DNA of 64,000 nt from Candidatus Latescibacterota bacterium (GTDB lineage: Bacteria; Latescibacterota; UBA2968; UBA8231), in the NCBI GenBank assembly GCA_965197905.1, contig CBDAOB010000001.1, forward strand, positions 32,001 to 96,000, given 5' to 3'. Position 1 is the stretch's first letter; every line of letters starts with the position of its first letter. The translations under genes were made by a program, and so were the position numbers. Below, in pieces: positions 55,111-64,000 of this stretch. The notes under the pieces were generated by a model. That model ran no database searches. It was given only the letters and a program-made list of their open reading frames with translations, and was not told the DNA's origin.

Positions 55111-57795
55111 ATGAGCCAGGTAATACGGCTGAGCGACGAAAAGGAGGAATTGGATCCCGTAGAGATCCAGGAATGGCTGGATTCCATGGACTACGTGTTG
55201 GCCAGCTATCCTCCGGATCAGGTGCGCCACCTTCTGGGGTTGCTGCAACTGCATGCCGAGAAGGAGGGTGTCAGCCTCCCGTTCAGCGCCAACACCGCCT
55301 ACATCAATACAATCAATCGAAACGACCAACCGGCCTTCCCCGGCAACCGGGAGATTGAGCGGCGGATCAAAAGCCTGGTGCGTTGGAACGCCATGGCGAT
55401 GGTGGTTCGGGCCAACAAGGAGGATGATGGGATCGGTGGTCACATCTCCACCTATGCCTCGGCAGCCACCTTGTACGAGATCGGGTACAACCATTTCTTT
55501 CGTGGCAAGGATCACCCCGACGGAGCCGACCAGATCTATTTCCAGGGACATGCCTCCCCCGGAGTCTACGCGAGGGCCTATCTCGAAGGGCGCCTGTCTG
55601 AAAAAGATCTGGGGAATTTCCGCCGCGAGTTGAAGGAAGGGGGCGGGCTTTCCTCTTATCCGCATCCGTGGCTGATGCCCGAATTCTGGGAATTCCCGAC
55701 GGTCTCCATGGGACTCGGTCCGATTCTTTCCATTTATCAGGCCCGCTTCAACCGCTATCTGGAGGATCGCGGACTGAAGGAGACCAAAAACTCCCACGTA
55801 TGGGCCTTCCTAGGCGACGGCGAAACCGATGAGCCCGAAACCCTGGGAGCGATAACACTGGCGTCGAGGGAAAAGCTAGACAACCTGATTTTTGTGATTA
55901 ACTGCAATCTGCAGCGGCTGGATGGCCCGGTGAGAGGCAACGGCAAGATTATCCAGGAGCTGGAAGCTGCCTTCCGCGGGGCCGGCTGGAATGTCATTAA
56001 GGTGATATGGGGTGAGGATTGGGATCCGCTGCTGGAGATGGATCACGATGGCATACTGACCCGGCGTATGGGCGAGGTGGTGGACGGCGAGTACCAGAAG
56101 TACACCGTCGAATCGGGGTCTTACATTCGCGAGCATTTCTTCGGAGCCGATCCGCGGCTTTCCTCCATGGTTCGCTCCTTCTCCGACGAACAGCTGCAGC
56201 GTCTGCGGCGCGGCGGACACGATCCGGAAAAGGTCTATACAGCGTTCCGCGCCGCCGTTGAGCATACCGGCTCGCCCACGGTGATCCTTGCCAAAACCAT
56301 CAAGGGGTATGGCCTCGGCGAAGCGGGGGAAGGCAAGAACATCACCCATCAACAGAAGAAGCTGAACGAAGATGAGCTAGGGGCGTTTCGCAGCCGCTTC
56401 GGAATCCCCATTTCGGATGAAGAGGTCGCCAAAGCGCCGTTCTACCGACCTCCAGAGGACAGTCCCGAGGTCAAGTATCTCCGCGCCCGCCGCCAGGAAC
56501 TCGGGGGGTTCGTGCCGGCGCGGCGCGTGCAGGCACCGCCACTTCCAACACCGGACCCTGCTGTGTTCGAGGAATTCACCCACGGCTCGGAAGATCGCAG
56601 CATCTCCACGACGATGGCTTTTGTCGCTCTCCTGCGAGCGCTGATGCGGGATGAAAATGTAGGCAAGTACGTGGTTCCCATCGTGCCGGACGAGGCGAGG
56701 ACCTTCGGCATGGAAGCGCTTTTTCGACAGTTCGGCATCTACTCGCACGTGGGCCAGCTCTACGAACCGGTGGACAAGGCTTCGCTCCTGTACTACAAGG
56801 AGGCCACCGACGGGCAGATTCTGGAGGAGGGTCTCACGGAAGCTGGCTCCATGTCTTCGTTTATTGCGGCAGGCACCGCCAATGCCACCCACGGCGTCAA
56901 CACGATCCCGTTCTTCATCTACTATTCCATGTTCGGCTTGCAGCGGGTCGGGGACCTGGTCTGGCTGGCCGGCGACATGCGTTGCCGTGGATTTCTGGTC
57001 GGCGCTACCGCCGGCCGCACCACCCTGAACGGGGAAGGGCTGCAGCACGAGGATGGCAACAGTCACCTGCTGGCGTATCCCGTACCGAACCTGGTGGCCT
57101 ACGATCTGGCGTTCGCCTACGAGATTGCCGTGGTGGTGAAGGAAGGCATTCGTCGCATGTATCAGGAGCAGGAGGATGTCTTCTATTATTTGACGGTAGA
57201 GAACGAGGATTATCCCATGCCGCCGATGCCCCCGGGGGTGGAACAGGGCATCATCAAGGGGATGTACAAATACAAACCCGCGGACAAGAAGCGGAGCAAG
57301 CTCAAGGCCCAGCTGTTTGCCAGCGGTCCAATCTTGAACAGCGCCCTGGAGGCACAGACAATGCTGGCCGAGCAATTCAACGTAGCCGCCGACGTCTGGA
57401 GCGTCACCAGCTTCAAGGAGCTCTACAAGGAGGCCAGCGCCACCGAGCGCTGGAACCGGATGCACCCTACGGCTCCTGCTCGCAAGACCTACATCGACGA
57501 GTGCCTCGATGGTGAAAAAGGTGTATGTGTCATCGCCTCTGACCACGTGCGCACGCTGCCGGATTCGATCTCGGCCTGGTTCCCCGCCGATACGGTATGC
57601 CTGGGCACCGACGGATTTGGCCGCAGCGACAGTCGCGAGGCGTTGCGCGACTTCTTTGAGGTCGACGCACGATTCATGGTGCTGGGTGTACTCGAGGCCC
57701 TTGCCAAGCAAAAACAGATCGAGAAGGCTCTCGTGGAAAAGGCTATGAAAGAGTTGCAGATCGACCCCGAAAAACCGAACCCGGCCAGCAGCTGA
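55111..57795 (+). CDS. aceE: pyruvate dehydrogenase E1, homodimeric type (copy 1)
   Basis: LSSYPHPWLMP, GDGE.DEPE...NCNLQRLDGP, DEARTFG, GEGLQH. Confidence 0.97.
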   Translation: MSQVIRLSDEKEELDPVEIQEWLDSMDYVLASYPPDQVRHLLGLLQLHAEKEGVSLPFSANTAYINTINRNDQPAFPGNREIERRIKSLVRWNAMAMVVRANKEDDGIGGHISTYASAATLYEIGYNHFFRGKDHPDGADQIYFQGHASPGVYARAYLEGRLSEKDLGNFRRELKEGGGLSSYPHPWLMPEFWEFPTVSMGLGPILSIYQARFNRYLEDRGLKETKNSHVWAFLGDGETDEPETLGAITLASREKLDNLIFVINCNLQRLDGPVRGNGKIIQELEAAFRGAGWNVIKVIWGEDWDPLLEMDHDGILTRRMGEVVDGEYQKYTVESGSYIREHFFGADPRLSSMVRSFSDEQLQRLRRGGHDPEKVYTAFRAAVEHTGSPTVILAKTIKGYGLGEAGEGKNITHQQKKLNEDELGAFRSRFGIPISDEEVAKAPFYRPPEDSPEVKYLRARRQELGGFVPARRVQAPPLPTPDPAVFEEFTHGSEDRSISTTMAFVALLRALMRDENVGKYVVPIVPDEARTFGMEALFRQFGIYSHVGQLYEPVDKASLLYYKEATDGQILEEGLTEAGSMSSFIAAGTANATHGVNTIPFFIYYSMFGLQRVGDLVWLAGDMRCRGFLVGATAGRTTLNGEGLQHEDGNSHLLAYPVPNLVAYDLAFAYEIAVVVKEGIRRMYQEQEDVFYYLTVENEDYPMPPMPPGVEQGIIKGMYKYKPADKKRSKLKAQLFASGPILNSALEAQTMLAEQFNVAADVWSVTSFKELYKEASATERWNRMHPTAPARKTYIDECLDGEKGVCVIASDHVRTLPDSISAWFPADTVCLGTDGFGRSDSREALRDFFEVDARFMVLGVLEALAKQKQIEKALVEKAMKELQIDPEKPNPASS

Positions 57796-57826
57796 GGTCG
57801 GACTCGCCACCGGTCAGAAGATCCTG

Positions 57827-59479
57827 ATGAAACACGAATTCAAGCTCCCAGATCTTGGTGAAAACATCGAAGGCGGAGACATCATCGGGGTTCTGGTAGC
57901 CGTTGGGGACCAGCTGGCCGAAGATCAGCCCGTCATCGAGCTGGAAACGGACAAAGCGGTCATAGAGGTGCCGTCCTCGGTCGCGGGCAAGATCGTCGAC
58001 ATCTATGTGAAACAGGGTGATCGCGCCGTGGTTGGGGCAAGCATCCTGTCCGTCGAAGCAGATAGTATGGATGGGGCAGAGCCGGATCTTGTGGAAACTG
58101 TGGAGCCGGTGCAGACCGAAGCAGTCACCGAGACGGTTCCGACTGTGGTTGAATCGACGACGGTGCCTGCACCCACCAGCTCCGCGACATCCTTCGAGTT
58201 TCGCTTGCCCGACCTGGGCGAGAATATCGAAGCGGGAGAGGTGGTAAACCTGCTGGCGAAGTCCGGTGACAGCGTTGCCCAGGATCAACCACTCATTGAA
58301 CTCGAAACCGACAAAGCGGTAATCGAGGTTCCCTCTTCCGTCAGCGGTACGGTGGTGGAGATGCACGTAACCGTTGGCGACAGGGTAGCGATCGGCCAGC
58401 TCGTCGCCACGCTCTCCGGCGCCGGTGCGATGCCGTCGGCACCGCCGGCGAAAACTACCGCGTCTGCAGCCCCCACCGCTCCTGCCGCCACCGCGGCAGC
58501 GGCAGCGGCCAGCCCGGAGCGGGTCGCCCCGACTGTTCAGGCAGTGGACTCCGCACCAGACGCGCCGGCGAAGCTCGTTCCCGCGGCGCCGTCGGTAAGA
58601 CGTCTTGCCCGCGAGATCGGCGTAAACATAGCCGCAGTAGAAGGCACCGGTCCTGGTGGCCGCATTTCGCAAAACGATGTAAAGGCCCATGCCCGCGCGC
58701 TCAACACTGAGCGCGCCGCAGCACTGGCGGAGGGTCCTGCGACCGGCGCTATGCCGCTGCCCGATTTCAGCCAGTGGGGCGAGATCGAGCGCGAGTCGAT
58801 GAGCAACGTGCGACGCACTACGGCAGTTCGCCTGAGCCAGGCGTGGGCAACTATTCCGCACGTCACGCAGTTCGACAAAGCAGACGTCACCGAGCTGGAG
58901 ATAGCGCGCAAGAAATTTGCCAAGAAGGTGGAAGCTGCAGGCGGCAAGCTGACGCCTGCAGCCATCGTTCTCAAGGTGGTCGCCTCCGCTCTCAAGGTGT
59001 TCCCCCAGTTCAGCGCCAGCATCGACATGGCCAACCAGGAAGTCATCTACAAGCGTTATTCCCATATCGGCGTGGCGGTGGATACCGACCGGGGGCTGCT
59101 GGTGCCAGTGGTTCGGGATGTCGATCAGAAGAATCTGATAGAACTAGCCCTGGAGCTGGGGGAGATCGCGGCCAAGGCCAGAGGGAAGAAGCTGCGTCCC
59201 GACGACATGCAGGGTGGCTGTTTTACAGTAAGCAATCTCGGCAGCATCGGCGGGACCGGCTTCGCGCCCATCGTCAATCCACCCGAGGTCGCGATTCTCG
59301 GAGTGGCGCGCAGCGTTCAGGAACCGGTTTTCCTGGATGGTGAATTCAAGCCCCGGCTGATGATGCCGCTCTCCCTCTCCTACGATCACCGCTTGATCGA
59401 CGGCGCAGACGGCGCCCGATTCCTTCGTTGGATCTCCGAGGCGCTGGAGAATCCTCTGCTGATTCTCCTCGAGGGTTAG
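57827..59479 (+). CDS. aceF: dihydrolipoamide acetyltransferase E2 with two lipoyl domains
   Basis: Two ETDKA lipoyl motifs, APSVRRLARE binding domain, YDHR.IDG. Confidence 0.95.
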   Translation: MKHEFKLPDLGENIEGGDIIGVLVAVGDQLAEDQPVIELETDKAVIEVPSSVAGKIVDIYVKQGDRAVVGASILSVEADSMDGAEPDLVETVEPVQTEAVTETVPTVVESTTVPAPTSSATSFEFRLPDLGENIEAGEVVNLLAKSGDSVAQDQPLIELETDKAVIEVPSSVSGTVVEMHVTVGDRVAIGQLVATLSGAGAMPSAPPAKTTASAAPTAPAATAAAAAASPERVAPTVQAVDSAPDAPAKLVPAAPSVRRLAREIGVNIAAVEGTGPGGRISQNDVKAHARALNTERAAALAEGPATGAMPLPDFSQWGEIERESMSNVRRTTAVRLSQAWATIPHVTQFDKADVTELEIARKKFAKKVEAAGGKLTPAAIVLKVVASALKVFPQFSASIDMANQEVIYKRYSHIGVAVDTDRGLLVPVVRDVDQKNLIELALELGEIAAKARGKKLRPDDMQGGCFTVSNLGSIGGTGFAPIVNPPEVAILGVARSVQEPVFLDGEFKPRLMMPLSLSYDHRLIDGADGARFLRWISEALENPLLILLEG

Positions 59480-59483
59480 CCCG

Positions 59484-60896
59484 TTGGAGAATCAGCTCGT
59501 CGTGCTCGGCGCCGGCCCCGGAGGATATGTCGCAGCTTTCAAAGCGGCCGACATGGGCATGCGGGTTACCCTCGTCGACGCCGCTGTGAATCCCGGCGGG
59601 GTTTGTCTCTATCGCGGTTGCATTCCGTCAAAAGCACTGTTGCATGTGGCGAAGGTCCTGAGTGAATCCAAGGAAGCCGTCGAATGGGGCGTAGCGTTCG
59701 AACCACCGACCATCGATGTAGACAAGCTTCGCGGCTGGAAAGATGACGTCATCGGCAAGATGACCGGGGGTCTTGGCCAACTCGTAAAAGCACGCAAGAT
59801 CGACTACCAACAGGGTCGAGGCACCTTCCTGGACGATCGAACGCTGCGTATCCACCGCGAAGAAGGAGGTGATGTCGAGCTCAGTTTCGAACACGCAGTT
59901 CTTGCCACCGGTTCGCTGCCCGCCACCATTCCGCTCTTCGACATCGGCAGCGACCGCATTCTCGATTCCACCTCCGCCCTCGAGCTGTCCGATATTCCCG
60001 AGACCATGCTGGTGGTTGGCGGAGGTTATATCGGCTTGGAGCTGGGCTCCGCATACGCGGCGCTGGGCACCTCGGTTTCGGTGGTGGAAATGACCGACGG
60101 ACTGATTCCACCGGCTGACCGCGACCTCATCAAACCGCTTGCCCGCCGACTCGAACGCGATTTCGAACAGATCATGCTCAGCACGAAGGTCGTGGGGGTT
60201 CAGGAGGAAGGAGCCGGAGTGCAGGTGGACTTCGAGAAGGCTGACGGGAGCTCGCTCAGCGGCAACTACGACAAGCTGCTGGTCGCCGTCGGTCGCAAAC
60301 CTAACTCGACCGGTCTGGGACTGGAACAGACCTCGGTCAAGCTCGATGAAAAGGGGTTCGTGCTGGTCGACCACCAGCGCCGGACGGCGGCCTCGTCCAT
60401 TTTCGCGATAGGCGATATCGCCGGCGAACCGATGCTCGCTCACAAGGCGTTCCACGAGGCAACCGTGGCGGTGGAAGCGATCGGCGGCCACAAGATCGCC
60501 TACGAGCCAAACGCGATTCCAGCCGTAGTTTTCACCGATCCGGAAATCGCCTGGTGCGGGCTCACAGAGCGAGAGGCGGCGGAGCAGCAGCGGCCAGTGG
60601 AGATCGCCCGCTTCCCCTGGGCGGCATCCGGGCGCGCAACTACCCTCGGCAGCAGCGACGGCCTCACCAAGCTCGTGGTCGATCCGCAGACCGAACGCGT
60701 CCTGGGCATGGGCATCGTCGGCACTGGAGCCGGCGAGTTGATTGCGGAGGGGGTGCTTGCCGTCGAAATGGCCGCCCTGACTGCAGACATAAAGCTCAGC
60801 ATTCACCCCCATCCCACCCTCTCAGAGACGGTTATGGAAGCGGCCGAAGCCTTCTTCGGCGAAAGCGCCCACCTCTACGCCCCCAAGAGGAAGTAG
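59484..60896 (+). CDS. lpdA: dihydrolipoamide dehydrogenase
   Basis: GAGPGGY, GGVCLYRGCIPSK, HPHPTLSE. Confidence 0.96.
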   Translation: MENQLVVLGAGPGGYVAAFKAADMGMRVTLVDAAVNPGGVCLYRGCIPSKALLHVAKVLSESKEAVEWGVAFEPPTIDVDKLRGWKDDVIGKMTGGLGQLVKARKIDYQQGRGTFLDDRTLRIHREEGGDVELSFEHAVLATGSLPATIPLFDIGSDRILDSTSALELSDIPETMLVVGGGYIGLELGSAYAALGTSVSVVEMTDGLIPPADRDLIKPLARRLERDFEQIMLSTKVVGVQEEGAGVQVDFEKADGSSLSGNYDKLLVAVGRKPNSTGLGLEQTSVKLDEKGFVLVDHQRRTAASSIFAIGDIAGEPMLAHKAFHEATVAVEAIGGHKIAYEPNAIPAVVFTDPEIAWCGLTEREAAEQQRPVEIARFPWAASGRATTLGSSDGLTKLVVDPQTERVLGMGIVGTGAGELIAEGVLAVEMAALTADIKLSIHPHPTLSETVMEAAEAFFGESAHLYAPKRK

Positions 60897-60902
60897 TGTG
60901 AT

Positions 60903-63569
60903 ATGGGCGAGTGTGACGATGATGCTGCCCTAGAAGCAGCCGAGACCGACGAGTGGCTCGAGTCCCTCGACTACGTGTTGAGCGTTGGCGGCGAAGAGCG
61001 GGTTAGAGAGCTTCTCGAGCGCCTGAGAGACCATGCACAGCGGTCAGGCGTGCCGCTGCCCACCACGGCCAATACCCCGTACATAAACAGCATCCCGCCC
61101 GATCGGCAGCCCCCCTACCCGGGAAGCCACGGGTTAGAGGAGCATTTGGGCAACATCCTGCGGTGGAATGCTATGATCATGGTGGTGCGAGCAAACAGCC
61201 AGGATCCAACCATCGGCGGACATCTCTCGACCTACGCGTCGGCCGCAACCCTCTACGAAATCGGTTTCAACCACTTCTTTCGTGGCAACGACGGAGAGAA
61301 CGCCGGCGACCATATCTATTTCCAGGCCCATACCGCGCCGGGCATCTATGCTCGCGCCTTTCTGGAAGGTCGGCTGTCGGAAGCTGAACTGAGCAACTAT
61401 CGACGCGAGCTGGCGCCGGGGGGCGGCTTGTCCTCCTATCCGCACCCCTGGCTCATGCCCGATTTCTGGCAGTTTCCCTCCGCATCCATGGGGTTGAGCC
61501 CGATCATGGCGATCTATCAGGCGCGTTTCAATCATTACCTGGAAGACCGGGATTTGAAAGCTGCTGGAAACACCAAGGTCTGGTCGTTTCTCGGCGACGG
61601 CGAAACGGACGAGCCGGAGACCCTGGGAGCAATCAGTCTAGCCGGCAGGGAAGGATTGGACAACCTGATCTTCGTGATCAACTGCAATCTGCAACGATTG
61701 GACGGTCCGGTTCGCGGCAACGGCAAGATCATCCAGGAGCTGGAGACGATCTTCAGCGGGGCGGGATGGAACGTCATCAAGGTGATATGGGGCAGCGACT
61801 GGGACCCGTTGCTGGCACTGGATAAGGAGGGACGGCTCGCGCGGCGCATGGGCGAGATCGTCGACGGCCAGTACCAGAAGTACACGGTGGAGAGCGGCGC
61901 CTACGGACGGGAGCACTTCTTCGGGGTCGATCCGCACCTGCTGGAGCTGGCGGATCAGCTTACCGATGAGCAGATTCGCACCATTCGGCGGGGCGGACAC
62001 GACCCGGAGAAGGTGTACGCCGCCTACAAGGCTGCTGTGGAACACGAGGGATCGCCGACGGTAATCCTCGCCAAGACGATCAAAGGGTACGGGCTCGGGG
62101 ACAGCGCCGAGGGCAAGAACATCGCCCACCAGCAAAAACGGCTCGACGAGGAGCAGCTGCGTTCCTTCAGGACCCGATTCGGCATTCCACTTTCCGATGA
62201 GGAGGTAGCCCGATTCCCGTTCTACCGCCCGCCGGAAGAGAGTCCCGAGCTAGAGTATCTCAAGGAACGGCGGCAATCCCTGGGCGGGTATCTGCCCCGA
62301 AGGGAGGTGTCGAACCCGAAGCTTGCGCCGCCTCCCGACGAGATCTTCGCCGACTTCGAAGCCGGCACCGGCGAGCGAACGGTCTCCACGACCATGTCCC
62401 TGGTGCGGTTGCTCACCCGCCTGCTGCACGATCCGGATCTGGGAAAATTGATCGTGCCGATCGTGCCGGATGAGGCGCGGACCTTCGGCATGGAATCGCT
62501 CTTTCGGCAGTGCGGAATCTATTCCCACGCCGGTCAGCTCTACGATCCGGTGGATCGGGACACGTTGCTGTATTACAAGGAAGCCCAGGACGGCCAGATC
62601 CTCGAGGAGGGGATCACCGAAGCGGGCGCGATGGCCTCCTTCATCGCCGCCGGCACCGCCTACTCCACCCACGGCATCAACGCCATACCTTTCTTCATCT
62701 TCTATTCCATGTTCGGAATGCAGCGGGTGGGAGATCTCATCTGGGCCGCGGGAGACATGCGGACCCGCGGTTTCCTCATCGGTGGCACTTCCGGTCGCAC
62801 GACCCTGAACGGCGAGGGGCTGCAACATCAGGATGGTCATAGTCACCTGCTGGCTTACACGATTCCGAACCTGGTTACCTACGACCCGGCCTTCAGCTAC
62901 GAACTGGCGACCATCATCCGCGATGGTATCCGGCGGATGTACGTCGACCAGGAGGATATATTCTATTACCTCACTGTCTTGAACGAGAGTTACTCGATGC
63001 CTCCGATGCCCGAAGGAGCGGAAGAGGGTATTTTGAAGGGCATGTATCGCCTTCGTGAGTCCGTCGCCGACAAAGCAATGGTTCACCTCTTCGGTTCCGG
63101 CTCGATTTTGAACGAAGCGTTGAAGGCGCAGGAGATTCTCCGGCAGCAGTACGAGGTAGAAGCCGATGTCTGGTCCATAACCAGCTTCAAGGAGCTGCAC
63201 CGGGATGGCGTCGAGACCGAGCGCTGGAATCTGCTGCATCCCGAAAAGGAGCCCAGGGTTCCCTATCTCACGCGCTGCCTGCAGAATGAGGAAGGTGCCT
63301 TCGTCGTCGCATCGGACTACATGAAGGCGTTGCCCAACTCCGTAGCTCGCTGGTTCCCGCACCCTCCCGTTGCCCTCGGCACCGACGGATTTGGCCGCAG
63401 CGATGGTCGCGGCGCCCTCAGAGATTTCTTCGAGGTGGACGCGCGCTATTACGTCCTGGGTGCCTTGGGTGATCTGGCGCGGCAGGGCAAGCTCTCCGCA
63501 GATCGGGTCTCGGAAGCCAGATCGGCGCTTCAGATCGACCCGGAAAAGATCGATCCACTGTGCCATTGA
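60903..63569 (+). CDS. aceE: pyruvate dehydrogenase E1, homodimeric type (copy 2)
   Basis: Same AceE motifs as copy 1, full length, diverged. Confidence 0.95.
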   Translation: MGECDDDAALEAAETDEWLESLDYVLSVGGEERVRELLERLRDHAQRSGVPLPTTANTPYINSIPPDRQPPYPGSHGLEEHLGNILRWNAMIMVVRANSQDPTIGGHLSTYASAATLYEIGFNHFFRGNDGENAGDHIYFQAHTAPGIYARAFLEGRLSEAELSNYRRELAPGGGLSSYPHPWLMPDFWQFPSASMGLSPIMAIYQARFNHYLEDRDLKAAGNTKVWSFLGDGETDEPETLGAISLAGREGLDNLIFVINCNLQRLDGPVRGNGKIIQELETIFSGAGWNVIKVIWGSDWDPLLALDKEGRLARRMGEIVDGQYQKYTVESGAYGREHFFGVDPHLLELADQLTDEQIRTIRRGGHDPEKVYAAYKAAVEHEGSPTVILAKTIKGYGLGDSAEGKNIAHQQKRLDEEQLRSFRTRFGIPLSDEEVARFPFYRPPEESPELEYLKERRQSLGGYLPRREVSNPKLAPPPDEIFADFEAGTGERTVSTTMSLVRLLTRLLHDPDLGKLIVPIVPDEARTFGMESLFRQCGIYSHAGQLYDPVDRDTLLYYKEAQDGQILEEGITEAGAMASFIAAGTAYSTHGINAIPFFIFYSMFGMQRVGDLIWAAGDMRTRGFLIGGTSGRTTLNGEGLQHQDGHSHLLAYTIPNLVTYDPAFSYELATIIRDGIRRMYVDQEDIFYYLTVLNESYSMPPMPEGAEEGILKGMYRLRESVADKAMVHLFGSGSILNEALKAQEILRQQYEVEADVWSITSFKELHRDGVETERWNLLHPEKEPRVPYLTRCLQNEEGAFVVASDYMKALPNSVARWFPHPPVALGTDGFGRSDGRGALRDFFEVDARYYVLGALGDLARQGKLSADRVSEARSALQIDPEKIDPLCH

Positions 63570-63595
63570 GGACGGGAAAAACCTGCTAACAGCCT

Positions 63596-63626
63596 GGGGG
63601 GCGGGGAATTTTGTTCCCTCGCTCCC
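63596..63626 (+). terminator. GC-rich hairpin after the PDH operon
   Basis: GGGGGCGGGGAA-TTTTG-TTCCCTCGCTCCC; no clear U-tract. Confidence 0.35.
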
Positions 63627-63706
63627 GAGCCGGTGACTACTGCTTAACTCACTTCTGACACAGTACTTACACCAACCTGTCTCAGTCCTCAGGAGACCCT
63701 TCATCA

Positions 63707-63722
63707 AGGTACGGTATTTGCA
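63707..63722 (+). promoter_or_regulatory. putative sigma54 -24/-12 promoter
   Basis: AGGTACGGTATTTGCA, GG-N10-GC. Confidence 0.5.
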
Positions 63723-63764
63723 AACACCGCTTCCAGGAAACTCCCAGTCAAGTGGAAATGAAGG

Positions 63765-63977
63765 ATGAATACGTCACCGCTGTCACAGAATTTCGATATC
63801 CGCCTGGAACGGCTGAACCGCGAGATCCGGCAGGGTCTGGATGAAGTGCGCCGCCGCATCCACGAGCTGGAAAGGGTAGAGGAGAGCACCCGCCCCGGCG
63901 CTGCTGAAAAGGGTTCGGACTTCGGTGCCGTGCTGCGCGAAAGGCTGGAGCAGACCCAGAGTTCCCCACCGAAGTAA
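63765..63977 (+). CDS. small hypothetical coiled-coil protein
   Basis: 70-aa ORF with helical charged composition downstream of the sigma54-like site. Confidence 0.5.
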   Translation: MNTSPLSQNFDIRLERLNREIRQGLDEVRRRIHELERVEESTRPGAAEKGSDFGAVLRERLEQTQSSPPK

Positions 63978-64000
63978 AGGCTCATCCCCCGCCGGATAAG

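Noticed and set aside
57830..58420. Direct repeat within aceF
   Set aside because: Ordinary tandem lipoyl domains.
56377..63707. Long antisense ORFs (56377..57810, 57743..59065, 59628..60812, 62250..63707)
   Set aside because: Shadows of GC-rich codon usage opposite well-supported genes; no recognisable motifs.

Overview
A GC-rich bacterial chromosomal window of mostly housekeeping genes. Gene order suggests an FCB-group lineage such as Latescibacterota or Gemmatimonadota (inference only). Left part: comDE-like TPP enzyme, an internally deleted PAS hybrid kinase, gatC-pyrG-lptC/A-lptB-rpoN, smc, pyrE-like, rfbC, an ECF sigma factor and a polyprenyl synthase. The centre is a ~28 kb co-oriented minus-strand bioenergetic cluster: intact Na+-NQR (nqrABCDEF-nqrM), then a complex I-like operon (nuoA, CD, E, F, G, H, J, K, L, M, N), then F1Fo ATP synthase. 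The complex I-like operon is the most unusual part. It lacks nuoB and nuoI. It keeps the Fe-S ligands of NuoE/F/G but has lost FMN-site, quinone-site and most proton-pumping charged residues. It carries three single-base frameshifts, and nuoH is interrupted by a 749-nt ORF-less group II intron whose removal joins the flanking exons exactly in frame. Two copies of a palindromic element with compensatory base changes lie after atpF and nuoG. Right part: bioB/bioFDA, panB, an alanine/glycine symporter, a DUF4015-like protein and a PDH operon with two full-length aceE paralogues. All calls come from motif recognition by eye; no database searches were run.
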